From assembly GCA_041596615.1 (NCBI GenBank), contig JBFHIG010000003.1, positions 21,880 through 85,879 of the forward strand: a stretch of 64,000 nt of DNA. The letters run 5' to 3'. Source of the stretch: Candidatus Moraniibacteriota bacterium (GTDB taxonomy: Bacteria > Patescibacteriota > Minisyncoccia > Moranbacterales > DUUL01). Under the pieces are notes generated by a model, which was not told the DNA's origin, made no database searches, and was given only the letters and a program-made list of their open reading frames with translations. Below are positions 9,016-17,822 of this stretch, one piece after another (position 1 is the stretch's first letter; each line of letters begins with the position of its first letter). A program made the translations under genes and the position numbers.

Positions 9016-10092
9016 ATGATAAAGAGAAGAAAAAAAAGAAGAATAATGATTGGCAATGTTGCGATTGGTGGTGACGAGCCAATTAGAGTTCAATCAATGA
9101 CTAATACGGATACCCGAAATGTTGAAGAAACTGTTTTACAAATTAAAGAACTCGAGAAAGTTGGGTGTGAAATTGTGAGAGTCGCTATTCCCGACATGAT
9201 TGCCGCTAAGGCAGTCTCCAAAATAAAGGCTCAAATTTCTATTCCCTTGGTTGCAGATATTCATTTCTCAGCAGATCTCGCGCTGGAAGTAATAAGGCAA
9301 GGAATAGATAAGGTTAGAATTAATCCTGGCAATGTGAAGCCGGTGGAGAAAATCAAAGATGTTGTTCTGGCTTGTAAAGAGAAAAAAATCCCAATTAGAA
9401 TCGGGATTAATGCTGGTTCTTTGGAGAAAGAAATATTGGATGAATATGAAGGAAAAGCAACCGCTAAGGGAATGGTTAAATCAGCGATGAAGCACATTGG
9501 AATATTGGAAAGTCTTGGATTTGAGGATATTATAATCTCACTAAAAGCTTCTGACATTGAAAGGACTGTTGAGGCTTATAGGGAATTGAGTAAAAAAGTT
9601 GATTATCCTCTGCACGTTGGGATTACTGAAGCGGGAACGAAATTTCGCGGAACAATCATGAGCTCTATTGGCATAGGAACACTGCTTTATGGTGGGATAG
9701 GAGACACCATACGTGTTTCTTTGACTGATAATCCGGTCGAGGAGATTCCGGTGGCTTGGGAGATTTTATCGGCACTTGATTTGAGACACAGAAAGCCCAC
9801 AGTTACAAGCTGTCCAACATGTGGAAGGACAGAAATAGATATAGTGAAATTGACAAATCAAGTCGAAGAATTAGTGAAAGATTTCCCAAAAAAACTTCAC
9901 ATCGCAGTGATGGGTTGTGTTGTGAATGGACCAGGAGAGGCAAGAGAGGCAGATATTGCTGTGATTGGGGGAAAGGGGATAGGGCTAATTTGTCGAAAAG
10001 GCAAAATTATTAAAAAAGTTGATGAAAAAAATCTCTTGGAAGAATTCAAAAAAGAATTAGATAAAGAGTCAAAGAGCTTAAAAAGAGCTTAA
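9016..10092 (+). CDS. ispG: 4-hydroxy-3-methylbut-2-enyl diphosphate synthase (MEP pathway)
   Basis: 358 aa. Motifs RVQSMTNTDT and INPGN, with the C-terminal Fe-S Cys cluster CPTCGR...GCVVNGPGE. Confidence 0.93.
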   Translation: MIKRRKKRRIMIGNVAIGGDEPIRVQSMTNTDTRNVEETVLQIKELEKVGCEIVRVAIPDMIAAKAVSKIKAQISIPLVADIHFSADLALEVIRQGIDKVRINPGNVKPVEKIKDVVLACKEKKIPIRIGINAGSLEKEILDEYEGKATAKGMVKSAMKHIGILESLGFEDIIISLKASDIERTVEAYRELSKKVDYPLHVGITEAGTKFRGTIMSSIGIGTLLYGGIGDTIRVSLTDNPVEEIPVAWEILSALDLRHRKPTVTSCPTCGRTEIDIVKLTNQVEELVKDFPKKLHIAVMGCVVNGPGEAREADIAVIGGKGIGLICRKGKIIKKVDEKNLLEEFKKELDKESKSLKRA

Positions 10093-10130
10093 AAATAAAT
10101 CATTTTATTTAATTAAATCAAATCAAATAG

Positions 10131-11021
10131 ATGAACTGTAAGATTGCTAAAACTGCTGGTTTCTGCGGAGGAGTTAAAAAAGCTTTTTTAATGGTGGAAA
10201 AGAGGTTTAAGGGTAAGGTAAATGGAGATAGAATCTTTATACTAGGGTCGCTTGTTCATAATGAAAATGTTATGAAAACAGTTGCTGATATGGGAATTAA
10301 GAAAATAGATTCGGTGGATTCTTTGGAGGAAGGTGACGTGGTGATTATAACAGCACATGGGGTCGGGAAAGATGTTCTAGAGAATATCAAAGGTAAGGGG
10401 GCGGAGGTTTTTGATGCGACTTGTCCAAAAGTTTCTATGGTACAAGAATGCGCTAAAGAGTATTTTGAAAAATGTTTTGAAGTCGTGATTTTTGGAGATA
10501 AGTCCCATAAAGAAATAAGAGGAATTAATGGTTGGTGTGAAAATGAGGCAAAGATAATTTCCAATTTTAAAGAAACAGAAAAACTAGTTAAAGAAATTGA
10601 AAAAGGGAAGATTTCGAAGCCAATTTTGTTAATTTCACAAACGACACAAAACATAGACAATTTTGAAAAGGTGAAAAAGATGCTAACGGCGGCTGTTAAT
10701 AAACAAAAAGGGAAAATAAAAGTCATTGATACTATCTGTAGGGCAACCTTTGTTCGTCAAAAAGAAGCTCTGGAGATAGCAAAAGAGGCTGGGGCAGTTG
10801 TTGTTATCGGGGGAAAGAGCAGTTCTAATACCAAACAGCTTTGGAGGATTGTCAAAAAAGAAAATCCAAAAACGCTTTGGATTGAAGACCCGCAAGAACT
10901 AAAAAATAAGAAAAATGAGAGATTGTTAAAGAACGCCAAATCAGTTGGAATTATTTCAGGAGCCTCAACTCCAACTTATGATATCGAAAAAGTCGATAAA
11001 ATGCTTACTAATGGTTATTAA
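10131..11021 (+). CDS. ispH: 4-hydroxy-3-methylbut-2-enyl diphosphate reductase
   Basis: 296 aa. Motifs AGFCGGVKKA, DATCPKV, ISQTTQ and GGKSSSNT. Confidence 0.93.
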   Translation: MNCKIAKTAGFCGGVKKAFLMVEKRFKGKVNGDRIFILGSLVHNENVMKTVADMGIKKIDSVDSLEEGDVVIITAHGVGKDVLENIKGKGAEVFDATCPKVSMVQECAKEYFEKCFEVVIFGDKSHKEIRGINGWCENEAKIISNFKETEKLVKEIEKGKISKPILLISQTTQNIDNFEKVKKMLTAAVNKQKGKIKVIDTICRATFVRQKEALEIAKEAGAVVVIGGKSSSNTKQLWRIVKKENPKTLWIEDPQELKNKKNERLLKNAKSVGIISGASTPTYDIEKVDKMLTNGY

Positions 11022-11086
11022 AAAAAGGATTTATTGCTTTCCGAAGGGTTGACCTAACGGAAAATTATTGCTATATTATAAGTGTT

Positions 11087-11374
11087 ATGAAGCAAGAAAA
11101 TACTACATTGGTCAATTGTGGTGTCTGTAGTGAATTATATCGTACAGGCAATGCTAAAGTTGTAGGGAGTAGGAACAACTCTTTGGTTGTTCATATTCAC
11201 TGTGATAAGTGTCAATCCTCGACATTGACAATTATTTCTAAGAGCCCAACTGGTGAGAATATTATAACAATGGGAATGCTCACAGATCTGGATTATGGAG
11301 AGGCTGTGAAATCAATGCAAATGAAGGCAATTGACGCGGACGAAGTTCTTGATATCATAGAAGAAGTCGAATAG
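11087..11374 (+). CDS. Hypothetical small zinc-ribbon-like protein (95 aa)
   Basis: Intact ORF with a CGVC...CDKC pair (C-x2-C, 26 residues, C-x2-C) and an acidic C-terminus. No family recognised. Confidence 0.55.
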   Translation: MKQENTTLVNCGVCSELYRTGNAKVVGSRNNSLVVHIHCDKCQSSTLTIISKSPTGENIITMGMLTDLDYGEAVKSMQMKAIDADEVLDIIEEVE

Positions 11375-11458
11375 TTTTAAAATAATTCGATTTATGCTAG
11401 GGTAGGTTTTATTAAATAATAAAAAGGGATATTCCCCTTAAGAGTTAAAAAAGAGAAG

Positions 11459-12139
11459 ATGGAAGAAATTACACTAAAAGCAAGAGTTCGAAAAGAGGAT
11501 GAAAAGTTGAAAAAAGAAAGCAGAGAAATTCCTGCTGTTGTATATGGAAAGAAAATCGGTAGCATCCCTATTTTTGTTAATTTGTCAGCTTTGAATAGAA
11601 CATTTAAGAATGCTGGTGAGAGTACTGTACTTAACTTGCAAGTTGAGGATGGAAAGGGAAAAATTGAAAGTTACAAAACTTTAATTTATGACTATCAGAC
11701 AGAATCAATTGGAAACGAATTTATTCATGTTGATTTTTTCAATATCGAAATGGATAAGAAGATTGAAACAAACGTTGATTTGGAATTTGTTGGAACTCCA
11801 GTGGCCGTAAAAGAGTTGGGAGGAATTTTTGTAAGAAATATCGATTCAGTAGAGGTTCAATGTTTACCAGCAGACTTGCCTGGAAAAATTGAAGTTGATA
11901 TTTCAGGGATTGATTCTTTTGATAAAAATATTTATGTTAGGGATCTTATTGTAGATGATAAGGTTACAATCATGACTGATGAAAGTGTTTCTGTGGCATC
12001 AGTTAGTGCGCCTCGAACAAAGGAAGACATTGACAGTCTTAATGAACAAGTTGATACAGACATCTCGCAAGTTGAAGGAATAGAGGAAAAAGAAGAGAAA
12101 GTTGGTGATGATTCTAAGAAGGAAACAAAAAAAGAATAG
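11459..12139 (+). CDS. rplY: 50S ribosomal protein L25, long Ctc form
   Basis: 226 aa. N-terminal REIPAVVYGK, a two-domain Ctc-type length, and an acidic tail. Confidence 0.9.
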   Translation: MEEITLKARVRKEDEKLKKESREIPAVVYGKKIGSIPIFVNLSALNRTFKNAGESTVLNLQVEDGKGKIESYKTLIYDYQTESIGNEFIHVDFFNIEMDKKIETNVDLEFVGTPVAVKELGGIFVRNIDSVEVQCLPADLPGKIEVDISGIDSFDKNIYVRDLIVDDKVTIMTDESVSVASVSAPRTKEDIDSLNEQVDTDISQVEGIEEKEEKVGDDSKKETKKE

Positions 12140-12180
12140 TTTGAATATCAGGATTTTTAAAGAGATAATTCTCTAAAATT

Positions 12181-13479
12181 TTGTTTATAATGTTTTTGCG
12201 AAATAAAAAAACAAAACTAAATAACTTTTCAATGACTATGACCTCACTCTTTGTGATGTGGGGTCTAGTTTTTTCTATCCCAATTATTCATACAAATTTT
12301 GTTTTTGCTGAGGACGCTGTTTCTGAGGAGGAGCTTAAAAAGCAAGAAGAAGAGGCAAAAAAAATTGAGAAAAATGAAGAGAAAATTGATGATTTGAAGG
12401 ACGATTTGAAGAAAATAGAGCAGGAGAAAACCATTAAAGAACAAAAAAAATTATCAATTTCAAACGAAATAGGTGCGATTAAAGAGAATATTTCAATAAT
12501 AGAAAGTGAAATTGAAGCAACTGAGAATGAAATAAAAAGAATAGAGACTGAGATTACTAAAGCTCTCGATGACATTGTTGCTAAAAAAAAACTTACAGCT
12601 GAAGTCTTAAGGCAAATAAATAGGACGAATAGGAATTTGCAGTTAATCGCCTATGGAAATGAAAATGGTCTAAACGAATATTTTACCGCAGTTGATAATT
12701 TCGAAAATATGGAAGATCGATTGTCAAAGTTGATAATCGAAATTAGACAAGAAAAAGACTCCCTAGAAGAACAAAGAAAGACTCAAAAAGAGGCAATGGC
12801 CATACATGATGACCAGAAAGAGACCTTGGAATATCAAAAAAATAAACAAGGTTGGGTGCTAACTCAAACACAGCAAGAAATTAATAATGATGTTGCTGAA
12901 ATTGGACAGATTCAATCGAAGATTTCTAAAATGAAATCAGAGATTTCAAAATTGCTTGGAAGTGGTTATGAGGCAGGCGACATTGAAGAAGCAGTTAAGT
13001 TTGCTAGTAAAAAAACAGGTGTCAGAAGAGACTTTTTAATGGGAATGCTAGTGGTAGAGTCCGATCTAGGACGTTTCACGGGTGGTTGCGATTATAAGGA
13101 AAGTCGCATGAATGAGTATCGAAAAACAGTTTTTAAACAAATTTGTAAAGAAGTCGGCAGAGACTATAAAAAAGTGAAAGTTTCTTGCCCTCCTTCTGGG
13201 TATGTTGGTACTGGTGGTGCTATGGGAGTTGAGCAATTTATGTCTGATACCTGGATGGGGTATAAGGACGAAATTTCAGCAAAGACCGGAAACTATCCTC
13301 CTGACCCATGGAATCTAACCGATGGTGTGATGGCAATGGCCTTGAAATTAGCCAAGGATGGTGCAACCAGTAAATCAGGAGAGTGTGCAGCTTCTAAAAG
13401 ATATTTAGGCGGAAGTCATGATTGGTATTGTCAAAAAGTTCAATATTGGGCTGACAACTATGAGCAGATTTTGGACTGA
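12181..13479 (+). CDS. Secreted coiled-coil protein with a C-terminal lytic transglycosylase-like (SLT_2/MltB-type) domain
   Basis: Signal or TM segment LFVMWGLVFSIPIIHTNFVFA, then about 230 aa of Lys/Glu-rich heptad coiled coil. The C-terminus carries LVVESDLG and GAMGVEQFMSDTW. The ORF opens at TTG 12181; the first ATG is at 12190. Confidence 0.7.
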   Translation: MFIMFLRNKKTKLNNFSMTMTSLFVMWGLVFSIPIIHTNFVFAEDAVSEEELKKQEEEAKKIEKNEEKIDDLKDDLKKIEQEKTIKEQKKLSISNEIGAIKENISIIESEIEATENEIKRIETEITKALDDIVAKKKLTAEVLRQINRTNRNLQLIAYGNENGLNEYFTAVDNFENMEDRLSKLIIEIRQEKDSLEEQRKTQKEAMAIHDDQKETLEYQKNKQGWVLTQTQQEINNDVAEIGQIQSKISKMKSEISKLLGSGYEAGDIEEAVKFASKKTGVRRDFLMGMLVVESDLGRFTGGCDYKESRMNEYRKTVFKQICKEVGRDYKKVKVSCPPSGYVGTGGAMGVEQFMSDTWMGYKDEISAKTGNYPPDPWNLTDGVMAMALKLAKDGATSKSGECAASKRYLGGSHDWYCQKVQYWADNYEQILD

Positions 13480-13509
13480 GATTAGATAAAAATTTTTGAT
13501 AGCAGAAAT

Positions 13510-13533
13510 AACGAGCAAAAGCTCGTTTTTTTT
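13510..13533 (+). terminator. Rho-independent terminator
   Basis: AACGAGC (13510-13516), loop AAAA, GCTCGTT (13521-13527), then a T-run to 13533. Confidence 0.7.
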
Positions 13534-13633
13534 GCTTTGAAGGCTATTTATAATTATTTGTTGTGCTGGTATACTTGAATTATAAATTTAAAATAAATCA
13601 AAGTTAGTTTTAGTTAGCAATTAATAAAAGACT

Positions 13634-15097
13634 ATGTATAAAGAAACGTCAGGGTTTGAATATGCTGGAACGCAAAAAACTTCCGAAGAAACTTATGGCA
13701 GTGAAGGACTAGAAAATAGCGATAATTTTTCACAACAAGAAACAGACAAAGAAGTTGGACAATTAGACGGTCAAAACAATAATTCTGTTGAAGAGGGTGA
13801 GGACGATAGAAATGCAGCTGATGAAAAATTTGGTGAATTTGCCAAAGATAGAAAAAAATTCTACCAAGAAATTGGGGGAGATGTTTTGAAAGAGGCAACT
13901 TTTGCCAAAGAAAGTGCTTTGAAGGACAAAGAAAATATGCTCAGATATATTGAAGAATATAATAACAAAATAGAATTGCTTAGGGCAGAAATAGAACAGA
14001 AAAAATCAAATATCATAAAAAGAATATTGGAATTTCTTAAAATCAAAGATTTAGAGAGATATCTTAGTTTTCAAAAAGAAGGTTTGGAAAGGAATGAGAG
14101 GGAATTGTCCCAGAAAGAGGAGCTCATTTCCGCGTATGAATATCTGATAGAAGATGAATCTAAAATGCGGGACTTAATGGATGAGGCACAAAAAGAAAAT
14201 TTTCTTTGGGATGAGAATAAAAAGGCAGAGCTCATAAAGGAAGAGGAACGAAGAGACGTCGCGAAATTGGCTGAAAAACACGGGGTATTTTTTGTCCACG
14301 ATATAGTTGCAGCTGATTGGAAACCAAGTGCAAACAACAATGCAATAGACACAAGAGAATTAGATTTTAGTGACCAACTAGATATTCTTCATGGACTTGA
14401 ACCAACTATTTCTGTTTCAACTTTGCATAAAGGAAGTAAGCAGAAAACTTTTGGTAAAGGCAGTTGGGGAGTTTTTTTATCCGGTGGGAGAGTGTTGGGT
14501 GGCGAAGAAAATGATGCTGGTACGGTTGCTTATGGTTTGAAAGATAGACGGGTTTGTAGTAAAAAATCTTTAACAACAGAATCAATAGAGAACGCAATTT
14601 CAAGAAGAGATTTTAAAAAATCTACAGGAGACCCTTTAGTTAAGGATATTTCATATAATGAATTGGTTGTTGAAAACCCAGAAATAGCAGGAGTTTATGT
14701 AAAATGGGATACCGAAATGCCTAGTTTGAATGAGAAAGAGAAAATCCATTTGGAGAATGGAGATAGAATAATATATGATAGATGGTGGAAAACGTTATCT
14801 GAGACAATGAAAAGAGGTATGCCACTTTTTATTTTAAACAGAGAGAATAATACAGTCAGGATGATGCACGAAGTCGACATCAAGAACAGATCCTTTAGGG
14901 TGACTCCCGAATATGATCCAAAAAACTTAACTGATATGCCAGGAGTCTATGGGCAACATATGGGAAAAGAAGAGAAAAAAGAGGCTGTGATGAGAGTTTT
15001 TGATAAAATTAAGGGTCTTGTTCCAGAAGATGAAAGAATTAAATATACTCCGGATGGAACAGAGAAAGATTCGAGAGGTTTGTATGGTATTCACTAG
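13634..15097 (+). CDS. Hypothetical protein (487 aa), acidic N-terminus, coiled-coil middle, unrecognised C-terminal domain
   Basis: Long intact ORF with no signal peptide and no motif I can assign. Confidence 0.7.
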   Translation: MYKETSGFEYAGTQKTSEETYGSEGLENSDNFSQQETDKEVGQLDGQNNNSVEEGEDDRNAADEKFGEFAKDRKKFYQEIGGDVLKEATFAKESALKDKENMLRYIEEYNNKIELLRAEIEQKKSNIIKRILEFLKIKDLERYLSFQKEGLERNERELSQKEELISAYEYLIEDESKMRDLMDEAQKENFLWDENKKAELIKEEERRDVAKLAEKHGVFFVHDIVAADWKPSANNNAIDTRELDFSDQLDILHGLEPTISVSTLHKGSKQKTFGKGSWGVFLSGGRVLGGEENDAGTVAYGLKDRRVCSKKSLTTESIENAISRRDFKKSTGDPLVKDISYNELVVENPEIAGVYVKWDTEMPSLNEKEKIHLENGDRIIYDRWWKTLSETMKRGMPLFILNRENNTVRMMHEVDIKNRSFRVTPEYDPKNLTDMPGVYGQHMGKEEKKEAVMRVFDKIKGLVPEDERIKYTPDGTEKDSRGLYGIH

Positions 15098-15238
15098 GGT
15101 AGTAAATGGTTGTTTTGGGAAAAATTTGAATTGGGAAAATAATCAAAGAGGAATATTATAATTTTAAAAGCAGTCAGTTTATAATAAAAAAAGCTTTAGT
15201 AGAGTTGTTTTTTATTGTTTAATTAGAATAAATATTTT

Positions 15239-16486
15239 TTATAATTCTTTTCTGCCAACCCTTATATTTATGTTGCGTGGAGTTGTTAATAAGAGAACAA
15301 TTGCAGTTGCAGTACCTATCAATCCTAAGATACTGAAAGCTGCTGGAATTCCTAATATTTGAGCAATAAATCCGGCAAAAACTGGCCCTACTATATAGCC
15401 AGAATTTCCAGAAAAATCTTCTATGCCAGCGATTTCTTCGTCGACCTGAGGGGTCTCTGAGATATAGTCTGAGCAAGCAGCGCTAATAGATGGCATAGCA
15501 ATGCTAGTGAAACACGCTGCTATGAAAACTATGATAATTTGAGCTATAGGCCCCTCTAGATAAAAGAACGAAGATAGTAGGCTTGACCCAATCAATACAC
15601 CCAAAAACGCTGTTCTTTTTTTTCCAAAAACCTTAGTGATTCTGGATATAAACCACCCACTAAAAAGAGCTGGGAGAATATATGCTGTTAAGAATAGGCC
15701 TCCAAAGACGCCCATATTTTCACTTTCCACATAAAGTGGCGCAAGCGTCCAAAAAAAGGCATTCATAAAAGACAAAAAGAAAGTAATACACAATACTGGA
15801 AGCATTGTGTTACCAATTTTTTTCCACAAATGAATTTCTGTGAAAAAACCCCTTTTTCTTTGTGTGCTATAAGTTTTTAAATCACCTTTCTTGTGTTTGC
15901 GTATTACAGATATAAGTACAAGGAACAAGAATAAGCTAATTCCCAGAAAAAACCAACTAAATACAAATAGATGCCAATTAACTCCCGTTGCAATTATTAT
16001 TCCAGCAATAAGTGGAGCTAAGACACCAGCCAATGAAACAAAAGTTTGTAATATACCAAAATTTGCTACATAATCCTCTTTTTTAGAGTAATGGCTTATA
16101 AAATTAAAAACACCAAATCCATAGAGGTCGAAATAAATCCCCCATAAGGACATGGCAATCAGAAAAACCCAAATAGTACTTGCGTAAGAAAGCACGAGGG
16201 GATAAAAGAGGCATATTGAAAACATTATCAAAAAAATTCTTCTAAAATCAGAGTTTTTAAGAACTTTACAAATCAAAAAATCGAAAATTGCCCCACTTAT
16301 GGAAGAAGTTCCAATTATAAGACCAATTGTCCCTATAGAAAGACCCCGAGCTTCCATCAGTAATGGTACAGCGTATCCTAAAATACCATCAAATAAAGCC
16401 CAGAAAAATATGATTAAAGCAAATGGGAATATTGATGGAAGATGTCCGTTTTTTCCCTGAAAACTTTTCTTTATATAAGTGAACAT
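15239..16486 (-). CDS. MFS-type transporter (415 aa, about 12 TM)
   Basis: Two six-helix halves separated by a basic loop (IRKHKKGDLKTYSTQRKRG). Composition and length are typical of the major facilitator superfamily. Confidence 0.8.
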   Translation of the reverse strand: MFTYIKKSFQGKNGHLPSIFPFALIIFFWALFDGILGYAVPLLMEARGLSIGTIGLIIGTSSISGAIFDFLICKVLKNSDFRRIFLIMFSICLFYPLVLSYASTIWVFLIAMSLWGIYFDLYGFGVFNFISHYSKKEDYVANFGILQTFVSLAGVLAPLIAGIIIATGVNWHLFVFSWFFLGISLFLFLVLISVIRKHKKGDLKTYSTQRKRGFFTEIHLWKKIGNTMLPVLCITFFLSFMNAFFWTLAPLYVESENMGVFGGLFLTAYILPALFSGWFISRITKVFGKKRTAFLGVLIGSSLLSSFFYLEGPIAQIIIVFIAACFTSIAMPSISAACSDYISETPQVDEEIAGIEDFSGNSGYIVGPVFAGFIAQILGIPAAFSILGLIGTATAIVLLLTTPRNINIRVGRKEL

Positions 16487-16615
16487 AAAGTGTTATTAAA
16501 GTAATACTAACCTTTATTATTAAAGCATATTTTTTGTCAAAATAGAATAAGAAGAAAAGTTGAATTGCAACGGGTTTGTTTTGTCCCGTAACATCAAAAG
16601 GATATGTATGAAAGG

Positions 16616-16655
16616 GAAAAAGGGCATTCAGTTGTATAACTGAATGCCCTTTTTA
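16616..16655 (-). terminator. Terminator hairpin immediately downstream of the small minus-strand ORF
   Basis: AGGGCATTCAGTT (16621-16633) pairs with AACTGAATGCCCT (16638-16650). On the minus strand a TTTT run follows the stem. Confidence 0.6.
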
Positions 16656-16817
16656 TTATTTCGGGAATTGTTGGTCTGTTAACTCTAGCGCTTTATTGGT
16701 TATATTTAGCGCGTTAGTTATGATTTCTTGAATCAAGCCAACAATCGTTGGAAGTGCCATACGAAGGATCAAATAGACTAGTAAAAATGCTATGACCCTA
16801 TTTAGTGCTCTAAACAT
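16656..16817 (-). CDS. Candidate small membrane protein (53 aa), below the ORF-track size cut-off
   Basis: The minus strand reads ATG (16817-16815) to TAA (16658-16656). Translation: MFRALNRVIAFLLVYLILRMALPTIVGLIQEIITNALNITNKALELTDQQFPK. There is one hydrophobic helix. A terminator hairpin starts 6 nt after the stop. No clear SD. Confidence 0.35.
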   Translation of the reverse strand: MFRALNRVIAFLLVYLILRMALPTIVGLIQEIITNALNITNKALELTDQQFPK

Positions 16818-17100
16818 CTTGGTGGATGTTAATTTTTAAGAACGGTTGTAGGGTCAAAGAGGACTAGTCTTGACCTTCGTTTCAGTAATCTGAAACTCTT
16901 CCGTCTCTGCTGAATAAAATTAGTCAGCAAATTGCGAAAGATATGGCTTTTAAAGTACTTTAGAAGACAATATCACAGTAAAAGCTGTGTGTCAAGGATT
17001 TTTGCCGCGCTTTGTTCCTAGTGTTCATTTTTTAATAGACCCATCTTCGTTTGCTATCTTGCGGATTTTATATGATTCCTTGAAAGAGCGGTATACTAAC

Positions 17101-17139
17101 TTTCAATTCTCAATTCACAATTTGCAATGAATTTTCAAT
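17101..17139. repeat. Tandem TNNCAAT heptad array
   Basis: TTTCAAT TCTCAAT TCACAAT TTGCAAT, then GAATTTTCAAT. Related arrays occur at 28157-28213 and 43868-43894. Confidence 0.7.
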
Positions 17140-17242
17140 AATTTAATTTTTAATAGAATAATTATTGTAAGGACTTCTGGTTTATCTTAAATCTCGACTT
17201 TTGTAAAAACCGAGCTTTAGGGAGGAGTAATGGGGAATAGTG

Positions 17243-17271
17243 TTGACGTGTAAATCAAAGTGGTGTAATAT
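17243..17271 (+). promoter_or_regulatory. sigma70-like promoter of the mraZ/dcw operon
   Basis: TTGACG (17243-17248), 17-nt spacer, TAATAT (17266-17271), about 110 nt upstream of mraZ. Confidence 0.6.
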
Positions 17272-17296
17272 GTAAGTGAAGTGGAGTAAAGTGGGG
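17257..17296 (+). promoter_or_regulatory. Putative MraZ operator (direct A/GAGTGG repeats)
   Basis: AAAGTGG (17257-17263), AAGTGA (17274-17279), GAAGTGG (17278-17284) and AAAGTGGGG (17288-17296). The GTG cores at 17260, 17281 and 17291 are spaced in approximate helical-turn multiples and overlap the promoter. Confidence 0.4.
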
Positions 17297-17383
17297 AAAA
17301 CACGAAACATGTTTCTGTAGGGGATTTAGAGCTGGAATTCCAGTTATCCCCTAAGAAACAATAAAAATTCATCCATTTGTCAA

Positions 17384-17818
17384 ATGTTTATAGGTGAATA
17401 CCAACACACTATCGATCCGAAAAAGAGGATTGCAATTCCATCTAAATTTAGGTTGCATTTTGCAGATGGTGTCGTGGTGACAAGGGGTCTGGATAAGTGT
17501 CTTTTCGTTTACTCAAAAGAAGAATGGAATAAGATTGCAACCAAACTAGGTGAAATGCCAGTTGGGGAGAAGTCAACAAGAAGCTTTGTGAGATTGATGC
17601 TTGCTGGCGCAGTTGACTCTAATCTCGATTCACAAGGAAGAATATTGGTTCCTGAATATCTAAAAGATTATGCTAGTCTAAAGAAGCAAATTGTGGTGGC
17701 AGGCTTATTTAATCGATTGGAAATTTGGGACGAAAGAGAGTGGGATAAATACAAAAAAAGTGCTGAAGAAAATCAGGATGAAATAGCTGAACAATTAGGT
17801 AAATTAGGAATGTATTAA
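17384..17818 (+). CDS. mraZ: Transcriptional regulator MraZ
   Basis: 144 aa. FIGEYQHTIDPKKRIAIPSKFR plus a second SpoVT/AbrB-like repeat (LDSQGRILVPEYL). Confidence 0.93.
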   Translation: MFIGEYQHTIDPKKRIAIPSKFRLHFADGVVVTRGLDKCLFVYSKEEWNKIATKLGEMPVGEKSTRSFVRLMLAGAVDSNLDSQGRILVPEYLKDYASLKKQIVVAGLFNRLEIWDEREWDKYKKSAEENQDEIAEQLGKLGMY

Positions 17819-17822
17819 AGAT

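Noticed and set aside
17101-17139. The heptad arrays here and at 28157-28213 as possible CRISPR or minisatellite loci.
   Set aside because: The units are 7 nt, contiguous and degenerate, with no spacers and no cas genes. They are reported only as low-complexity repeats.
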